A stretch of 64,000 nt of DNA, taken from assembly GCA_964016885.1 (NCBI GenBank), contig OZ024747.1:84692001-84756000 (forward strand), given 5' to 3'. A program made the position numbers and the translations under genes. Source of the DNA: Eledone cirrhosa. Lineage: Eukaryota. The notes below the pieces were generated by a model. It made no database searches and was not told where the DNA came from. It saw only the letters and a list, made by a program, of their open reading frames with translations. This document shows, piece by piece, positions 29,559 through 42,203 of this stretch. Every line of letters begins with the position of its first letter. Positions within the stretch are counted from its first letter, which is position 1.

Positions 29559-29604
29559 TGCTCTGATGAGTCCCACTTATAGTGCGGATGAAACAATGTT
29601 AGCA
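29559..29604 (+). ncRNA. Type I hammerhead ribozyme motif
   Basis: Stem I TGCT/AGCA, core CTGATGA, stem II GTCC-CAC/GTG-C-GGAT, GAAA, short stem III, cleavage triplet GTT. Confidence 0.7.
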
Positions 29605-29643
29605 AGTAAAGATATGCATATGCTATAGGCGTTCTTTGTTATT

Positions 29644-29685
<42 letters not shown>

Positions 29686-29853
29686 CTGAAGACAGCATAT
29701 ATATGTGTAGGTATGTATATTCCCTCTGATAGTTTGTAAAATTTTTACATAGATCTATATCATATACATACCAACACACACATATATATCCTAGAAACGA
29801 TCGTAAAATGATCAATTTTTTAATATAAGGAACTGTTTCTTTGTTTTTATCAT

Positions 29854-29951
<98 letters not shown>

Positions 29952-30881
29952 CGAATCTCTTCAGGATGTGTCCCAGCATGGCCGCAGTCTAATGAGCGAA
30001 ATCAATAAAAGAATATACACTCCATCTCAATCCTTTTCTCTCTATCACCCTTTCTTTCTTTCTTTCTCTCTCTTAGTCTATCTCTCTCTTTCTTACTCTC
30101 TCTCTCTCTCTCTGTCTATCACTCTCTCGGTTACCGACTCACATATTTTACACTTCACACTGTCTTTCTCACTCCTCTCAAATATCCACAGTAGCATAGT
30201 TAGAGTTTGCTCCGCCCCGGGGTGGGTCTTCCCTCTCTCGCACTTCCCTCTTACGAACACAATATGCATTAGATTCGCCCTCACTCCTACACAATTTCAT
30301 GGTGGGATGGACCACCCTTTGCACACCCATAGTTACGCTTCTGCTAACATGCATAAACATCTCGGAACACACACACACACACACACGCACAGACACGCAC
30401 AGACGTACACAGACACACGCACGCACACGCAGACACACACAGACACACTCATGCACGCACACACACACACGCGCACACACACAGACACACACATACACAC
30501 ACACACACAGACACACAGAAACACACACACACACAGACACACACAGACACACACACACAGACAGACAGACACACACACACACACACACTTACACACACAC
30601 ACTATTACTTTGAGTGTCATTCACCCTGTTACACTTTCATACTCTTTATTTTTCCCAAAACAGTTTAAATATTAATCTCTCACTCACTTTATTTCATACG
30701 CTTTCACATACATCTCTCTCTCCACCTCATTCCCTCTCTGCTTCTCTCTCATTTAAATACACACACACACACACACACAGGCTGACAGCCACATACACGG
30801 AGACAAACATACGCACACTTTCTCCCTCTCTCCCCCACTCTCTCTTCCTCTCCCCCTCTCCCTCTCCCCCCTCTCTCTCAC

Positions 30882-30917
<36 letters not shown>

Positions 30918-30995
30918 ACATATATATATTGAAAAGTCGCTTGAAGCAGACGATATGTTTAGTCAAAAGTAAAGAACGCTGAAGTACTGTTCGCC

Positions 30996-31138
30996 ATGGA
31001 TTATGAAGAAGTGATTGGAAAGATTGGTGGATGTGGACTTTATCAGAAACTCATGCTAGCCTATTTGTTTTCCGCCACTATTATGGATGGTTTACAAGTT
31101 GGTAGCATAGTTTTTCTGGTACCTGACTTGGATTACAG
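30996..31138 (+). CDS. SLC22 / organic cation transporter-like (MFS) gene, coding exon 1
   Basis: Kozak GCCATGG; MDYEEVIGKIGGCGLYQKLML...VFLVPDLDYR, the typical SLC22 N-terminal G-x-x-G-x-Y-Q; donor AG|GTAGGT, phase 2. Confidence 0.9.
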
Positions 31139-31453
31139 GTAGGTTTATAATTACCTTTTTTTTGTGTGTGTGTATATTATAAATATTTTTAGTTCAACAA
31201 CTATTTATGAATGACAAAAAAGGAGAAAATAGACAAAAAACTAGGAGATGGGTAAACTTTACAACATGAATGAACGGTATATCGTTTGTTGCGCCCTGTG
31301 GACAAGATGACAAAACGTTACTATGCAGGACAGCCGTCGATCGCTACTGCATTAGCCATACCACCCCCTGATGCTCCTTCTTCAAGAGTGATGATCCTGT
31401 CTGATCTGGCAGTGGAAAACAGAAGTCCGGAGACCGAGGATTTTATTTATTTG

Positions 31454-31454
<1 letters not shown>

Positions 31455-31520
<66 letters not shown>
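31455..31520. repeat. (TATC)n microsatellite, 5' flank of the LINE
   Basis: Direct reading. Confidence 0.95.
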
Positions 31521-31521
<1 letters not shown>

Positions 31522-31951
31522 GTTGTCGTCTGTTCGATAGCGTAGACGTAATTCACTTCGCGCAGAAGTTTTGTTCCAATTTATTGCGGAAATTTTGTAA
31601 GTTTAATTTTAATTTTGATACTATTGTGTAGCTTGACCCCCCGTCTGAACTGTCAGGCGGTGCGTCAGCTCATTTTCGCCCCTCCCAGGGGTGAAAAACC
31701 TGTTTTAAAAAATTTTGTTGCATAAAATTTCAATCGTCTGGGAGAAATGTTAAACGAAGCTAACGAAAATAGTGGTGGGGGGGGGGGGGACAGCGGTAAG
31801 AGTTGTAAGCTCGCACGCTTTAGTCCCCCCCTTCCTTCCCAACTAACGTCATAGAGAAGGAAAGAAAAAATAAAATAAAAACAGACGAATGTGCGGAGAA
31901 AAATGTCGACGAAAACACAAATCTGGAGATTGATTCCAACAACAAAAAAAT

Positions 31952-32998
31952 ATGAAAGAATTGCATGACAATATTAATACCACAAACAAAGAAACAACAA
32001 ACACAAAAATAACATTTGAAAACAACAACATCATAACAGAAAGCAAAACAGACGACAAAGTCAACACCAATAACATCTCATTTGCACAAACAACAAAAAA
32101 ATCTTTAACATACATACCTGAAAATATTTCAGATGTGGCACAAAGAATAAAAAACGCCAAACAATTCATAACTCAAGAGGAAAATGGAGCCTTGTCAGTA
32201 AAAATGCCCCAAGAACTCACCAAAGATATTAAAAGTCGGACGGTCGTTTTCCGCACCATCAACAACATCTCAAAAAAGCCACAACAACCAACACAAGCAG
32301 AAATTAAAGCAGTACTTAGAGAAGTACTTAATGAAGCCACTTTCATAAGAAGAGACAGGCTCTATGGAAGCCTGGCCATTATTATGAAGAACGAATCGGC
32401 GGCAAAAAAATATGCTTTGTCACCGATTCGTTCGACAAATTTTACCTTTTATCCATCTTATATGGGTAAAAGAACTCAGCGCATATGGCTGGATGCGATG
32501 ATGCCAGATATGGACTACTGCTGGCTCATAGCTGGCTTCATCGATCCAGCGAATGACAACGTGATTTTCATTGGGAAAAACACAGGCAATGCGTTCAGTG
32601 GAACAGGTATAGAACTTGTAGTGCAAATGAAGCCTGAGCGCATTGCCCAAATACCCGACAGAATCCTATTAGAGGGCCACGGATATATAAACATTAGCGT
32701 GGTGGGGAGAAGGCCGTCCTGTCATATCTGTGCAGGCAGAGGGCACCCGAAGGCGGCTTGTCCCCAACTCAACAAGAAGAAAACCCTGCTACCAACACCA
32801 GCTCCACCACCACCACAACAGATAAACAAACAACAAAACTCAGTCCCACCTAACCCGTCCCTCAGTAAAACTACAGCACCACCACAGCACAAACAGACAC
32901 AACACATTACCCCAAAACAAAACAAGTCCCACCCAACCCCTCACTCAATAAAACAACACAACCACCGCAGCCATAACACACAACACAGTCTAACATAG
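31952..32998 (+). pseudogene. LINE ORF1 (gag-like, CCHC knuckle); disrupted, probably spanning about 31747-33661 originally
   Basis: CHICAGRGHPKAAC (C-x2-C-x4-H-x4-C) followed by a Pro/Thr/Gln-rich tail that continues in other frames. Confidence 0.8.
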
Positions 32999-33694
32999 TG
33001 ACATCCATCTCCCCCACAAAGAAAACTAACACGGAAACATTACCAGCAAACATACCTCTTCCCTCCAACACTGAAGATAACCCAACGAATTCGGAGGAAG
33101 AAACGGAGTCCTTCAGACAGATTAAAAGGAAAAAAGAAAACATGTGCAAAACACACAAGGCCAAACAGCCCCTACCCAAATGTCAACACAATCCAACAAA
33201 ACACAAAACACCCCTCCAGCAACAAACCAAACCAAACCTGCCCCTCCCCTCTTCGAAACACTCACACCATCCGAAAAAAGACATTACACTATACTTACAT
33301 CAACAGAAACAATAATAAATTAAATGAACTCATAAACAATAACCCTTCGGTACAAACCAAAGGGGTAACTTTGTTTCTTCAGAAAACTACCCACATTTAA
33401 AATTAATAAAGATCCCAATGAACCTCTACCAAAAACTAAAAAAAGGATTTTAAGGAGGACGTAGGACCACCCTCTGTCAAACCCATAAACCGCGTCCTCC
33501 TAAAAAGCCTTCCCCCTCCCCTTCCCCTCCCCAACACAACTCCAAATACCCCAACCCCACCACACACTGACGACCCCACACCACCACAAGACACCCCTTC
33601 ACCCAACACCCCCGACCCCATGGAAGTCGTGCAACCCGAACCCCGGGAAGCAGAAAGGTAGGTCTCTACACTCTCTTTTGGCTTTGCCGCCCAC

Positions 33695-36600
33695 ATGGAT
33701 GTGTTAAGAGTAGGATGTTTGAATGCACGTGGCCTGGGCTCAACTTGGAAGTAAGCAAAGCTTCTAAATGACCTCAGGTCACGTGGTATAAATGTAATGG
33801 TTATCTGTGAGACTCGGATCAGCGTCGTGCGGAAGCTGGCCCCTACCTTCGATGACTTTGAGGTGCACGCATCTCTCTGTCAACCTGGAGGTGGTGGTGG
33901 GGTTGTCGTACTGCTGGAAAAACACCTGGGTCTCGCCGTACAGGTTGTTCACTCGGACCCGGAAGGTCGTTTGTTGGTGCTAGACGTTGGCAGTAGTGGA
34001 GGTGCGGCCTTGAGACTGGTCGCCGTCTACTCCCCTTTCGGAGCTGAACGACCCGACTTCTTCCAGCGTCTGGAGACTTTTCTGGGAACGTCGCGTTCCC
34101 TGCTTCTAGCGGGGGACTGAAATGACATCCTAGATGCACGTTGGGACTATGCAGGAGCATGTCCTAATAGAGGGGGGTGTAACAGCCTCAAGGGGTTACT
34201 CGACCGTTTTAACTTGGTCGATAGATATCGACTAGATTTTCCAACTGTGCCAACCTGGACTTGGACGAACCACAGTGGTCAATCTAGATCGTACTCAGAT
34301 AGATTCTTAGTTAGAAGTAAGGATAGGGACATATTAAGCTGTCCAGAAATGCTCACGGTTGGCTATACAGATTACAAATTAGTGACCTGCGTAGTCAACC
34401 TCGAGAGAACACATAGACAGGGTCCCGGTTACTGGAAACTTAATTTGTCTTTACCGGCAAAAGAGGCTTACAGAGACCGGATTAGCAGATTAGTTAAGGA
34501 GAGGTTGACGGGTGCAATCGTCAACAACCGATGGTGGGCATCTCTCAAAAGAGAGATTAGAACAGAATCAATAAGTTATAGCAAGATGTTAGCTGCCGAT
34601 AGGAATAGGAACGAGAAAGAATTAACAGGTAAATTAGAAGAGGCAATCAAGAGCGAAGATGTGGCCAGAGTGCTAGCATCGAGGACGGCCTTGAGCCAGT
34701 TTTTCGATGCAAAGCACGAAGGCTGCGTCATTCGAAGTAAAATACGTGCTCTAGGTAATGAGGGGGCCAAAGCCGTTGGCTGGGCCCGCGTGACAGAAGC
34801 TAATAGTGGAAATCGATCCACCATCCGGTCTTTGCAAAACGAGGATGGACGGGTGATCCGGGAGCCTAAGCAGATGTGCGAGGCCTTTCAAAAGAACTTT
34901 GCCCGATTGTTCGGGGGAGACGAGGGTCCGGGCGGGGACGTGGATTTCGGTCCATACCTCGACGGCCTGCCGCGTCTCTCAAGCGAAGAGGCAGAGTCCT
35001 GCGAGGGACCAATCTCGGCTGATGAGATCGGGGATGCGCTGAGCCAATGCAGCAGACGCAAATCTCCAGGTCTCGATGGTATACCTTACGAACTTTATTT
35101 AGCAATGCCGGTCTTCTTCTCCGAACTCCTCGAAGCAGTCTACTGCAATTGGCAGCAGAACGGGAGAATTCCTTGTTCTGTAGCCAAGGGCGTAGTCTCG
35201 CTGGTGAGGAAGGACGAGAACAAGGGGGATAGTATAAATAATTTTCGGCCCATAACCCTGCTAAACACAGAGTTAGAGATTTTGGCCAAGGTGTTAGCAA
35301 AGAGGTTGGCGCTTGTCGTGGGTAGCTTGGTGGGAGATGCGCAGACATGTGCTATCCCATCCAGGTCCATTCACGACAACCTCCACCTCATGCGATACAT
35401 CATAGAGAGGGTTGGCAACAAACCCGGCTTCGGTGGGGCCCTGATCAACTTGGATCAGTCTAAGGCGTTCGATAGGGTCGACCATGGTTACCTGGATGCG
35501 GTGCTAGCGGCGGCTGGGTTCGGTCCTGTTTTCAGAGGCTGGATCACTGCCTTACATAGCAACCACATCTGTTCTAGGATCAAGGTAAACGGCTACCTTT
35601 CGAAGCCGTTCGAAATCACACGATTCATTCGACAGGGGTGCCCTCTCTCCTCCCTTCTGTACGTATTGACTCTCGAGCCTTTACTGAGGAAGTTGGAGTT
35701 GTGGCAGGGTATCCCCCTGGAACCAGGATTGAGCAAAGCAGTGTCGGCCTACGCCGATGACGTAACAGTAATGGTATCGACCGACTCGGAGATCGAGGCG
35801 ATCGGTACCTTACTGGAGGAATACGAAAGGTTGTCAGGAGCGAAACTGAACCGGGAAAAATCCATCGGGCTGCAACTCGGAACGTGGAGAGGCAGACCAA
35901 TGCCTCCCGACGGTGTCGTCGGACACTGGACGGAGGGCCCGGTGAAGTTGCTTGGGGTCTGGTTTGGACCGGACCTCCAGATGGAAAAGAACTGGGGCGA
36001 GGTTACGAACAAGGTGTTTGCACTGACCCAGAAATGGGCCAAGTGTAAGCTGTCCCTGAAAGGTCGGGCGGAGGTGGCGAACATTTACATAGCGTCTGTC
36101 ACCTACTACCGCCTGACTGTCGTGCCTTGCCCTAAGGAAACACTCACCACCATGGAACGTATGCTCTTTCAATTTCTTTGGAAGAAGCGCCCTTCTATGG
36201 TGAGAAGATCCATCTGCTGCCAACAACCTTCGAAAGGAGGGCTGGGGATGCCGTGGTTGATGATGCGTAGGCACGCCGTAAGGCTACGGCACTTACAGGT
36301 ATTCCTCACTGGTCAACCGGTGTGGGCTCCGTTCGTGAGACGAGCCTTTCCGTGACTCGTCTCACTCACCGAGCTGCAGTCCTGGGTCAAGCAAAGATCC
36401 GGAAAACTGGGCGACTGGCACACTGAGTGTGCCCAGGCGCCCAGGGCTCTCTGGCAAGCGGACCCGGCCATCGGTGGAGAATCCACCTCGTCATTCTATA
36501 GAGGGCTGGTGGCTAGCAGGGGCGATGACACCCTTGGAAAGTCGCTGAACATGGAAGAGGACGAACTGGCCAGCCTGTTCAGTAGGACTTTCGGCTCGGG

Positions 36601-37132
36601 ACCAATGGACAACTTCCAGAAGTCACTGGCCTGGCAGTGCTACCGGGGGGATCTACCCGTTCGAGAAAAGCTCTACAGGCACGGGCGCCCGGGCCTGGAT
36701 CCCTCGAAAAAGATTTGCCCTAGATGCGTGCGTCACGAAGAAACCGTTGCGCACGCATTGGTGCACTGTCCGGGCGTGGCTGATCTGTGGGGCTACGCCG
36801 AACGACTGCTGTCGCGGGTGGCGCCGATTCGATTGACCGCCGAGTCCGTGATGACAATCAAACCGCCTCCCCTCTTCACAAAGGAAGCAAAGGCGGTTTT
36901 TCTGTGCGTAATAGCCATGTTGAAAGAGGTTGTTTGGTGGACACGATTGAAAGGTCTGAGGTCAGGCAACTTCCTCTCTGGCCATAGTCTGGTCTACTTC
37001 TTCCGATATCACTTCGGAAGAAGGATAAGAATGGAGAGAGAGGTGCTTGGCCACAGGCAGTTTTATGAAAGGTGGGTGATAGTGGCGAGAATGGCTCGTG
37101 TAAATGGGCCTTCTCTGTATACCATCCTGTAG
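33695..37132 (+). pseudogene. LINE ORF2 (AP endonuclease, reverse transcriptase, C-terminal zinc finger); one frame with three nonsense codons (33752, 34118, 36353)
   Basis: MDVLRVGCLNARGL, ICET, LAGD*N, GPGYWKLN, KSPGLDG, FRPITLLN, DQSKAFDRV, RQGCPLS, YADD, CPRC...HALVHC. ORFs 33797, 34214 and 36509 share one frame. Confidence 0.93.
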
Positions 37133-37349
37133 GTAAAGAAGTGAAGGAGAGGGGAGCACCTTCTCCATGTGCTCCCCGGGCAAAGGATTGCACACTTTTT
37201 CGGGGGTGTGTGCAACCCCCATCACGTCCCCTCCCTTTTGAGGTTGTTTTTGATTATTTTCATTTTATACCCTTTTTACTCGGTTTTATGTAAACTCCCC
37301 CTTTGTATTTGTCCCTTCTTTTTATACCTTTATGGTAAATAAAGAAATA

Positions 37350-37402
<53 letters not shown>
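37350..37402. repeat. (TATC)n microsatellite, 3' flank of the LINE
   Basis: Direct reading. Confidence 0.95.
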
Positions 37403-37770
37403 GTCCCCTTCTTTTGTGCCCCTGTGGCTAATAAAGAAACATATCTATTCAGAACAAGCCTTCTTCAACTTCTTCAAATACCATTCCAGAGCAAGATGAG
37501 GCTGGAGTGGTAGATGCTGCCCTTCAGTAATTTTTTATAAAAAGTAAGCGAGAGAGACGAAAGTAACGAGGCTAAATGGACCTTGTTAACTCTGGTTGTA
37601 GACTGGCGGCAAGAACAAGAGAGAAACATTTATTTCCCTTAGTGTTTCAGGGTAGTTTATGGTTGTGTTTGAGGCACTTCAAATCACCTTGTTTGGTTTC
37701 TCTCCATTTTGGGGAATTCTTTTCTTCTTTCTTATTTTGTACTGCATCGCTAGATCTGTTTATTATTACA

Positions 37771-38150
37771 GGGCGGTGAATTGGCTGTATCGGTAGAGGG
37801 TTGGGCGCCATGCTTTCTAGCGTAGTTACGTCCCTTCATGGTCTGAGTTCAAATCCCGTCGAGGTTAACTTTGCCTTTCATCCTTACGGGGTCGATAAAA
37901 TAAAGTACCAGTAATGCACTGGGTAATTACTGGCCTTCTGACAAAAGTAGAAACAATTATTACCTATTTATTAATGTGTTCTTGTTATTTATTCAGTATA
38001 AATCTTCTACCAGACTGCGAATTGGCAGAGTCGCTAGAACGCCGGAGAGAATTCTTTGCGGTATACGTTCCAGTTATCTGCCCTCTCAGTTCAAATTCCG
38101 CCCGAGGTCCACTTCGCTTTTCATCCTTTCAGGGTCGATAAAGAAAGTAC
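37771..38150 (+). mobile_element. Two tRNA-derived SINE copies, the second more diverged
   Basis: A box, B box and core matches. Confidence 0.8.
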
Positions 38151-38550
38151 TACTTCAATGCTAGAGCAGCTCTCTTTCCTTTCAGCTGTTACATCGTTGA
38201 TGTTCTGCTAGGTCAAAGAAAGGGGTGTTGAGAAGATGTCTTTATTTACTTTCAACTGCGTTGGCACCGAAAACCTTTAACGAAACCACAGCACATACTA
38301 CCAAGTCATACTCGATTGCAAATGACAGCTGTAGAAATGAGTTGCGACGTCACTGGTGTCACTGGTGCATTGCTTTTCCCTTAGACAACATCGGTGGCGT
38401 GGAGAAGGGAGCGTGGAGAAGGCATGTATGGGCGACTGGTGGTCTTCCACAAGCAACTTTGTCCGGACTTGTGCCTCGGAGGAGAACCTTCTAGGTGCAA
38501 AATAAATATGGTTTTATAAATATAGTTTCCATTTATTAATATATTGTATA

Positions 38551-38597
<47 letters not shown>

Positions 38598-38664
38598 ACA
38601 AATAATAAATCAAAACATATCAAAGATGTTTACAATTTTGTGTTTCTCAATAAGCAACCTCAAC

Positions 38665-38706
<42 letters not shown>

Positions 38707-39126
38707 ACTAAAGCACCTAGAGTCAATGTGAGAGAAAGAAAGAAATTTACCGAATTTTTTACTAAACAAAAATGAACAATTAGATATATTAGAAATTATA
38801 TAGGAATATGTATAGTAAAAATACTAGTAAAAATATATCTAGTAGTTAGAAATTATAGCTTAATACTTATTAAATAAATATGTGGAATAAAGCTAACTAT
38901 TGTAAACATTAGGGAAATGCTGAAGGGAATAAATATAAACTATTTAGAGTATACTAAATTATTATTATGCATTACTGTTTATCATATAATTAATCAATTA
39001 AACTTTAATTATGTTAATTGAATTTTAAAATGGTTAAGTTTAAAAATTTAATTTTAATTTTTAAAACACTAGTCCTTTTAAAACTAATTTACTGTCACCT
39101 CTGCTGTTCATTATTTAAATGAACAG

Positions 39127-39328
39127 GGCGGTGGAGTGGCAGTATCGGTAGAGGGTCGGACGCCATGCTTTGCAGCATAGAGTTACGGCCCTTTATGATC
39201 TAAATTCAAATCCCGCCCAGGTTAACTTTGCCTTTCATCCTTACGGGGTCGATAAAATAAAGTACCAGTCACGCACTGGTGTCGATTTAATCGACTTTCC
39301 CCTCCCCCAAAATTGCTGGCCTTGTGCT
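39127..39328 (+). mobile_element. tRNA-derived SINE, full length
   Basis: GGCGGTGGAGTGGCAGTATCGGTAGAG head, B box, core and tail. Confidence 0.88.
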
Positions 39329-39329
39329 T

Positions 39330-40150
39330 ATATAAGTGGATTGACATGCGCAGACTGGTTGCAAGTGGTATCATGACTGACGACTGTAAAATCAGTCGGC
39401 TGGAATTTGCAGATGACATAGTGTTACTCAACTCGACAGTAGATAATCTTCGACTTGCACTTGATAGGTTTGATGCCGAGTGCTGCATGGCTGGAATGAA
39501 AATCAGTGCTGCGAAAACTGAGACACTTGTCCTCTCAAGGAAGCCTGCGCAGTGCACTGTACATGTGAATGGAGTTCCACTGAAGCAGATAGAGAAGTTC
39601 AAGTATCTCCGGGCCGCGTTCACGAGTGATAGAAGGCAGGAGGAATTAAGTGCAAGAATTGGTGCAGTAATGCACCAGCTTCAGCATTCAGTAATCAGAA
39701 GAAGGGAGGTAGGCGTAAAAGCCAAACTCGCTATCTTCAATTTGGTTTTCGCGCCAAAACCTTATCTATGGCCATGAATCTTGGGTAATGACCGAAAGAA
39801 TACGATCGTGAAAGCAAGCGTCCGAAATGGGATTCCTCCGAATGGTCTTTGGAGTAACGTATCTTGATAAAGTGCGTAACTCAGAGATCAGAGTGTCACT
39901 CCAGGAAAAAATCGCTGGACAGGTCTTACGGGCAAAACCAACCGGAAAGAGACCCAAGGGGTAGACCCCGAGCAAGATGGTTGGATAACATCCATGAGCT
40001 TGGCTGGTCATGCTTGGGGACCCAGCCGGATCAGTTGGGGACGGTTTCTTCTGACAGGACCCACTGGAAGGAGTGTTTGAGGGCTCTGACCCCACGACCC
40101 TCTCAGGAATAAGTGGGCGAAGAAGAAGAAAAAGAAGAAGAAGAAGAAGA
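39330..40150 (+). mobile_element. 5'-truncated RTE-clade LINE ending in (GAA)n
   Basis: LEFADDIVLL, GMKISAAKTE, QIEKFKYL and RPRGRPRARWLDNI motifs; GAA-repeat tail. Confidence 0.85.
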
Positions 40151-40499
40151 TTTACATTTGCAATATACCTTGCTACTAGTAGGTTAATAATTTATAGAGA
40201 ATTTAACTGTCCATCAACACATGGAATATTAAGAAACTCTATAAGAATTTTTTATCAAATTATTATTAAGCATTATGAATATAAAGAGAAAATAATATGA
40301 AATGCGAAAAATAATTATATAAATCAAAGTAAACGATTATTTTAACATTAGTTATTTATTGTTTTAAATATGCTAATTTTTCAAAGGTTATTATGTTCAA
40401 TATTTTACATATACATCCAATTTATGTAAAATAATCAATAGAAATCAATTAAATAAAAAAGAAAGTAACATTGCAAAAGACTATAAATGAGAGGAAAAT

Positions 40500-41300
40500 A
40501 ATGGTTTCTTATATAGGCACAAGGCCATCAATTTTGGGGGAGGGGAAAGTCGATTAAATCGACCCCAGTGCGTGACTGGTACTTTATTTTATCGACCTCC
40601 GAAAGGATGAAAGGCAAAGTTAACCTCGGCGGGATTTGAACTCAGATCATAAAGGGCCGTAACTCTATGCTGCAAAGCATGGCGTCCGACCCTCTACCGA
40701 TATAGCCGTCGCTACAGCCTTCTCACAAAAAGTGGCTATGTCATACGAATATTGCACAACATATTCATATATATTTAGATGCACACACGCGCACACATTA
40801 ACACACACAGACCCCCCCCCCACACACACACACAAACACACATGTACTGACATTTAAAAAAAAAATACATCGGGTTAATTAAAGCATTGTTATGGGAAAT
40901 ACAAAGCAGTGCATTCCTTAGGCTATTCAGAAGTTATGCAGTGCTGCAAATATTATTTACATTACTAATCTAGTATGCCTATATTATGAATGAATATATA
41001 ATGTGTGTGTATGTGTGTGCACGTACGTGTGTACTGATTGTATTTTAAAAATGCACTGGGTTATTTATTCAAAACGTTTCTATATTTCTATAATATTATA
41101 TATAAAAACGTGGTGGTGGATTGGCAGTATCGGTAGAGGGTCGGACGCCATGCTTTCCAGCATAGTTACGTCCCTTTACGATCTGAGTTCAAATCCCGCC
41201 GAGGTTGACTTTGCCTTTCATCCTGACGGGGTCGATAAAATAAAGTACCAGTAATGCACTGGGTAATTGCTGGCCTTGTGCCTAAAGTAGAAACAATTAT
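40500..41300. mobile_element. Two oppositely oriented SINEs (40500-40702 minus; 41112-41300 plus)
   Basis: Matches to the window's SINE consensus in opposite orientations. Confidence 0.85.
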
Positions 41301-41624
41301 ATATAAAAACGTGTTTAAAATACTGTAGTATTAACTGATTGAATACTCAATGTTGGCGAGAAGAGAGCAGGAATTAATTTTCTAAGTAGAAAAGTGGCTG
41401 GATTTGGAAGTTTTAGCTTGGCTGCTTCACCTGGCTGCGTCGTGTTGAGGGACTCGAATGTCTTAAATGGCTTTATATAGGTCTGAGTAAAGGCTGGTGG
41501 TAGGATGATTAGGGAACTTTTAATATACTGGGAAGGGGGTTGTAGGAGTGGTGTGTGTATTGTATTTTTAATTTTCTTTTTTTTTTTCATAAGATTTTTG
41601 TAGGAATGCATGTAAAAGTTAAAT

Positions 41625-42035
41625 GGAAAAAATGAAATTTCATTTCTCACTCTTAGTACGGCTGATACTTAAATATAAGTATGTATACGTACATACATAT
41701 ATGTATACAGACGTATACAGCCGTTAATATGCATAAGGAAAGTATATACTTTCAAACGTTCAATCGACTGACAGGAAGGTATACGGTGCTGATGACAGCT
41801 AATAAGCTAGAAACTAGTTCATCGTTCCTTTGTCAGTGTTGAACAAAAGGTCAACGATGGTTGCCGAACACTGTACGGCTACTAATTTGGGCTGTTTGTT
41901 TACAAACAAACCGAGCATTATAATAAATGTTCGGTAAACCCATACGTATATATATGTGTGTGCATGTATGTATGTATATAATACTAGTGTACGTCTGTAT
42001 ACATATATGTATGTACGTATACATACTTATATTTA
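41625..42035. mobile_element. Hammerhead-bearing repeat unit with an internal inversion (family also at about 4795-4960, 43891-43957 plus 46654-47580)
   Basis: Shared GAAATTTCATTTCTCACTCTTAGTACGGCTG...TTAAATATAAGTATGTATACGTAC; 41715-42035 is inverted relative to the 46654-46975 copy. Confidence 0.8.
41783..41825 (+). ncRNA. Minimal type I hammerhead ribozyme motif
   Basis: ACGGTG CTGATGA C AGCT AATA AGCT A GAAAC TA GTT CATCGT; stem I ACGGTG/CATCGT; palindromic stem III ACTAGT. Confidence 0.7.
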
Positions 42036-42203
42036 AGGCCAGCAATTATCCCAGTGTGTTACTGGTACTTTATTTTATCGACCCCGTAAGGATGAAAGGC
42101 AAAGTTAACCTTGGCGGGATTTGAACTCAGACCATAAAGGGCCGTAACACTATGCTGCAAAGCATGGTGTCCAACTCTCTTCCGATACTGCCAATCCACC
42201 GCC
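42035..42203 (-). mobile_element. tRNA-derived SINE
   Basis: Reverse match to consensus. Confidence 0.85.

Larger units (their letters stand above)
26718..29651. mobile_element. Penelope-like element remnant with an inverted pLTR: arms 26718-27907 and 28475-29651, spacer 567 bp
   Basis: About 1.2-kb near-perfect inverted arms with a hammerhead motif near each outer end. Possible decayed endonuclease C-terminus (DH/LDSCPGVNRFVITP) at about 28490-28600. The right end runs into (TA)n. Confidence 0.8.
31521..37348 (+). mobile_element. Near full-length Tx1/L1-clade LINE inserted in a (TATC)n array within intron 1
   Basis: ORF1 with a zinc knuckle, ORF2 APE-RT-zf, 3' UTR ending AATAAAGAAAT; (TATC)n on both sides. 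Confidence 0.92.

Noticed and set aside
29896-30675. 259-aa ORF upstream of the SLC22 exon
   Set aside because: Composed of TG, TC and CA repeats.
39127-39215. tRNA gene (A and B boxes)
   Set aside because: SINE head with no full cloverleaf, continuing into the SINE core; more than 20 similar copies.
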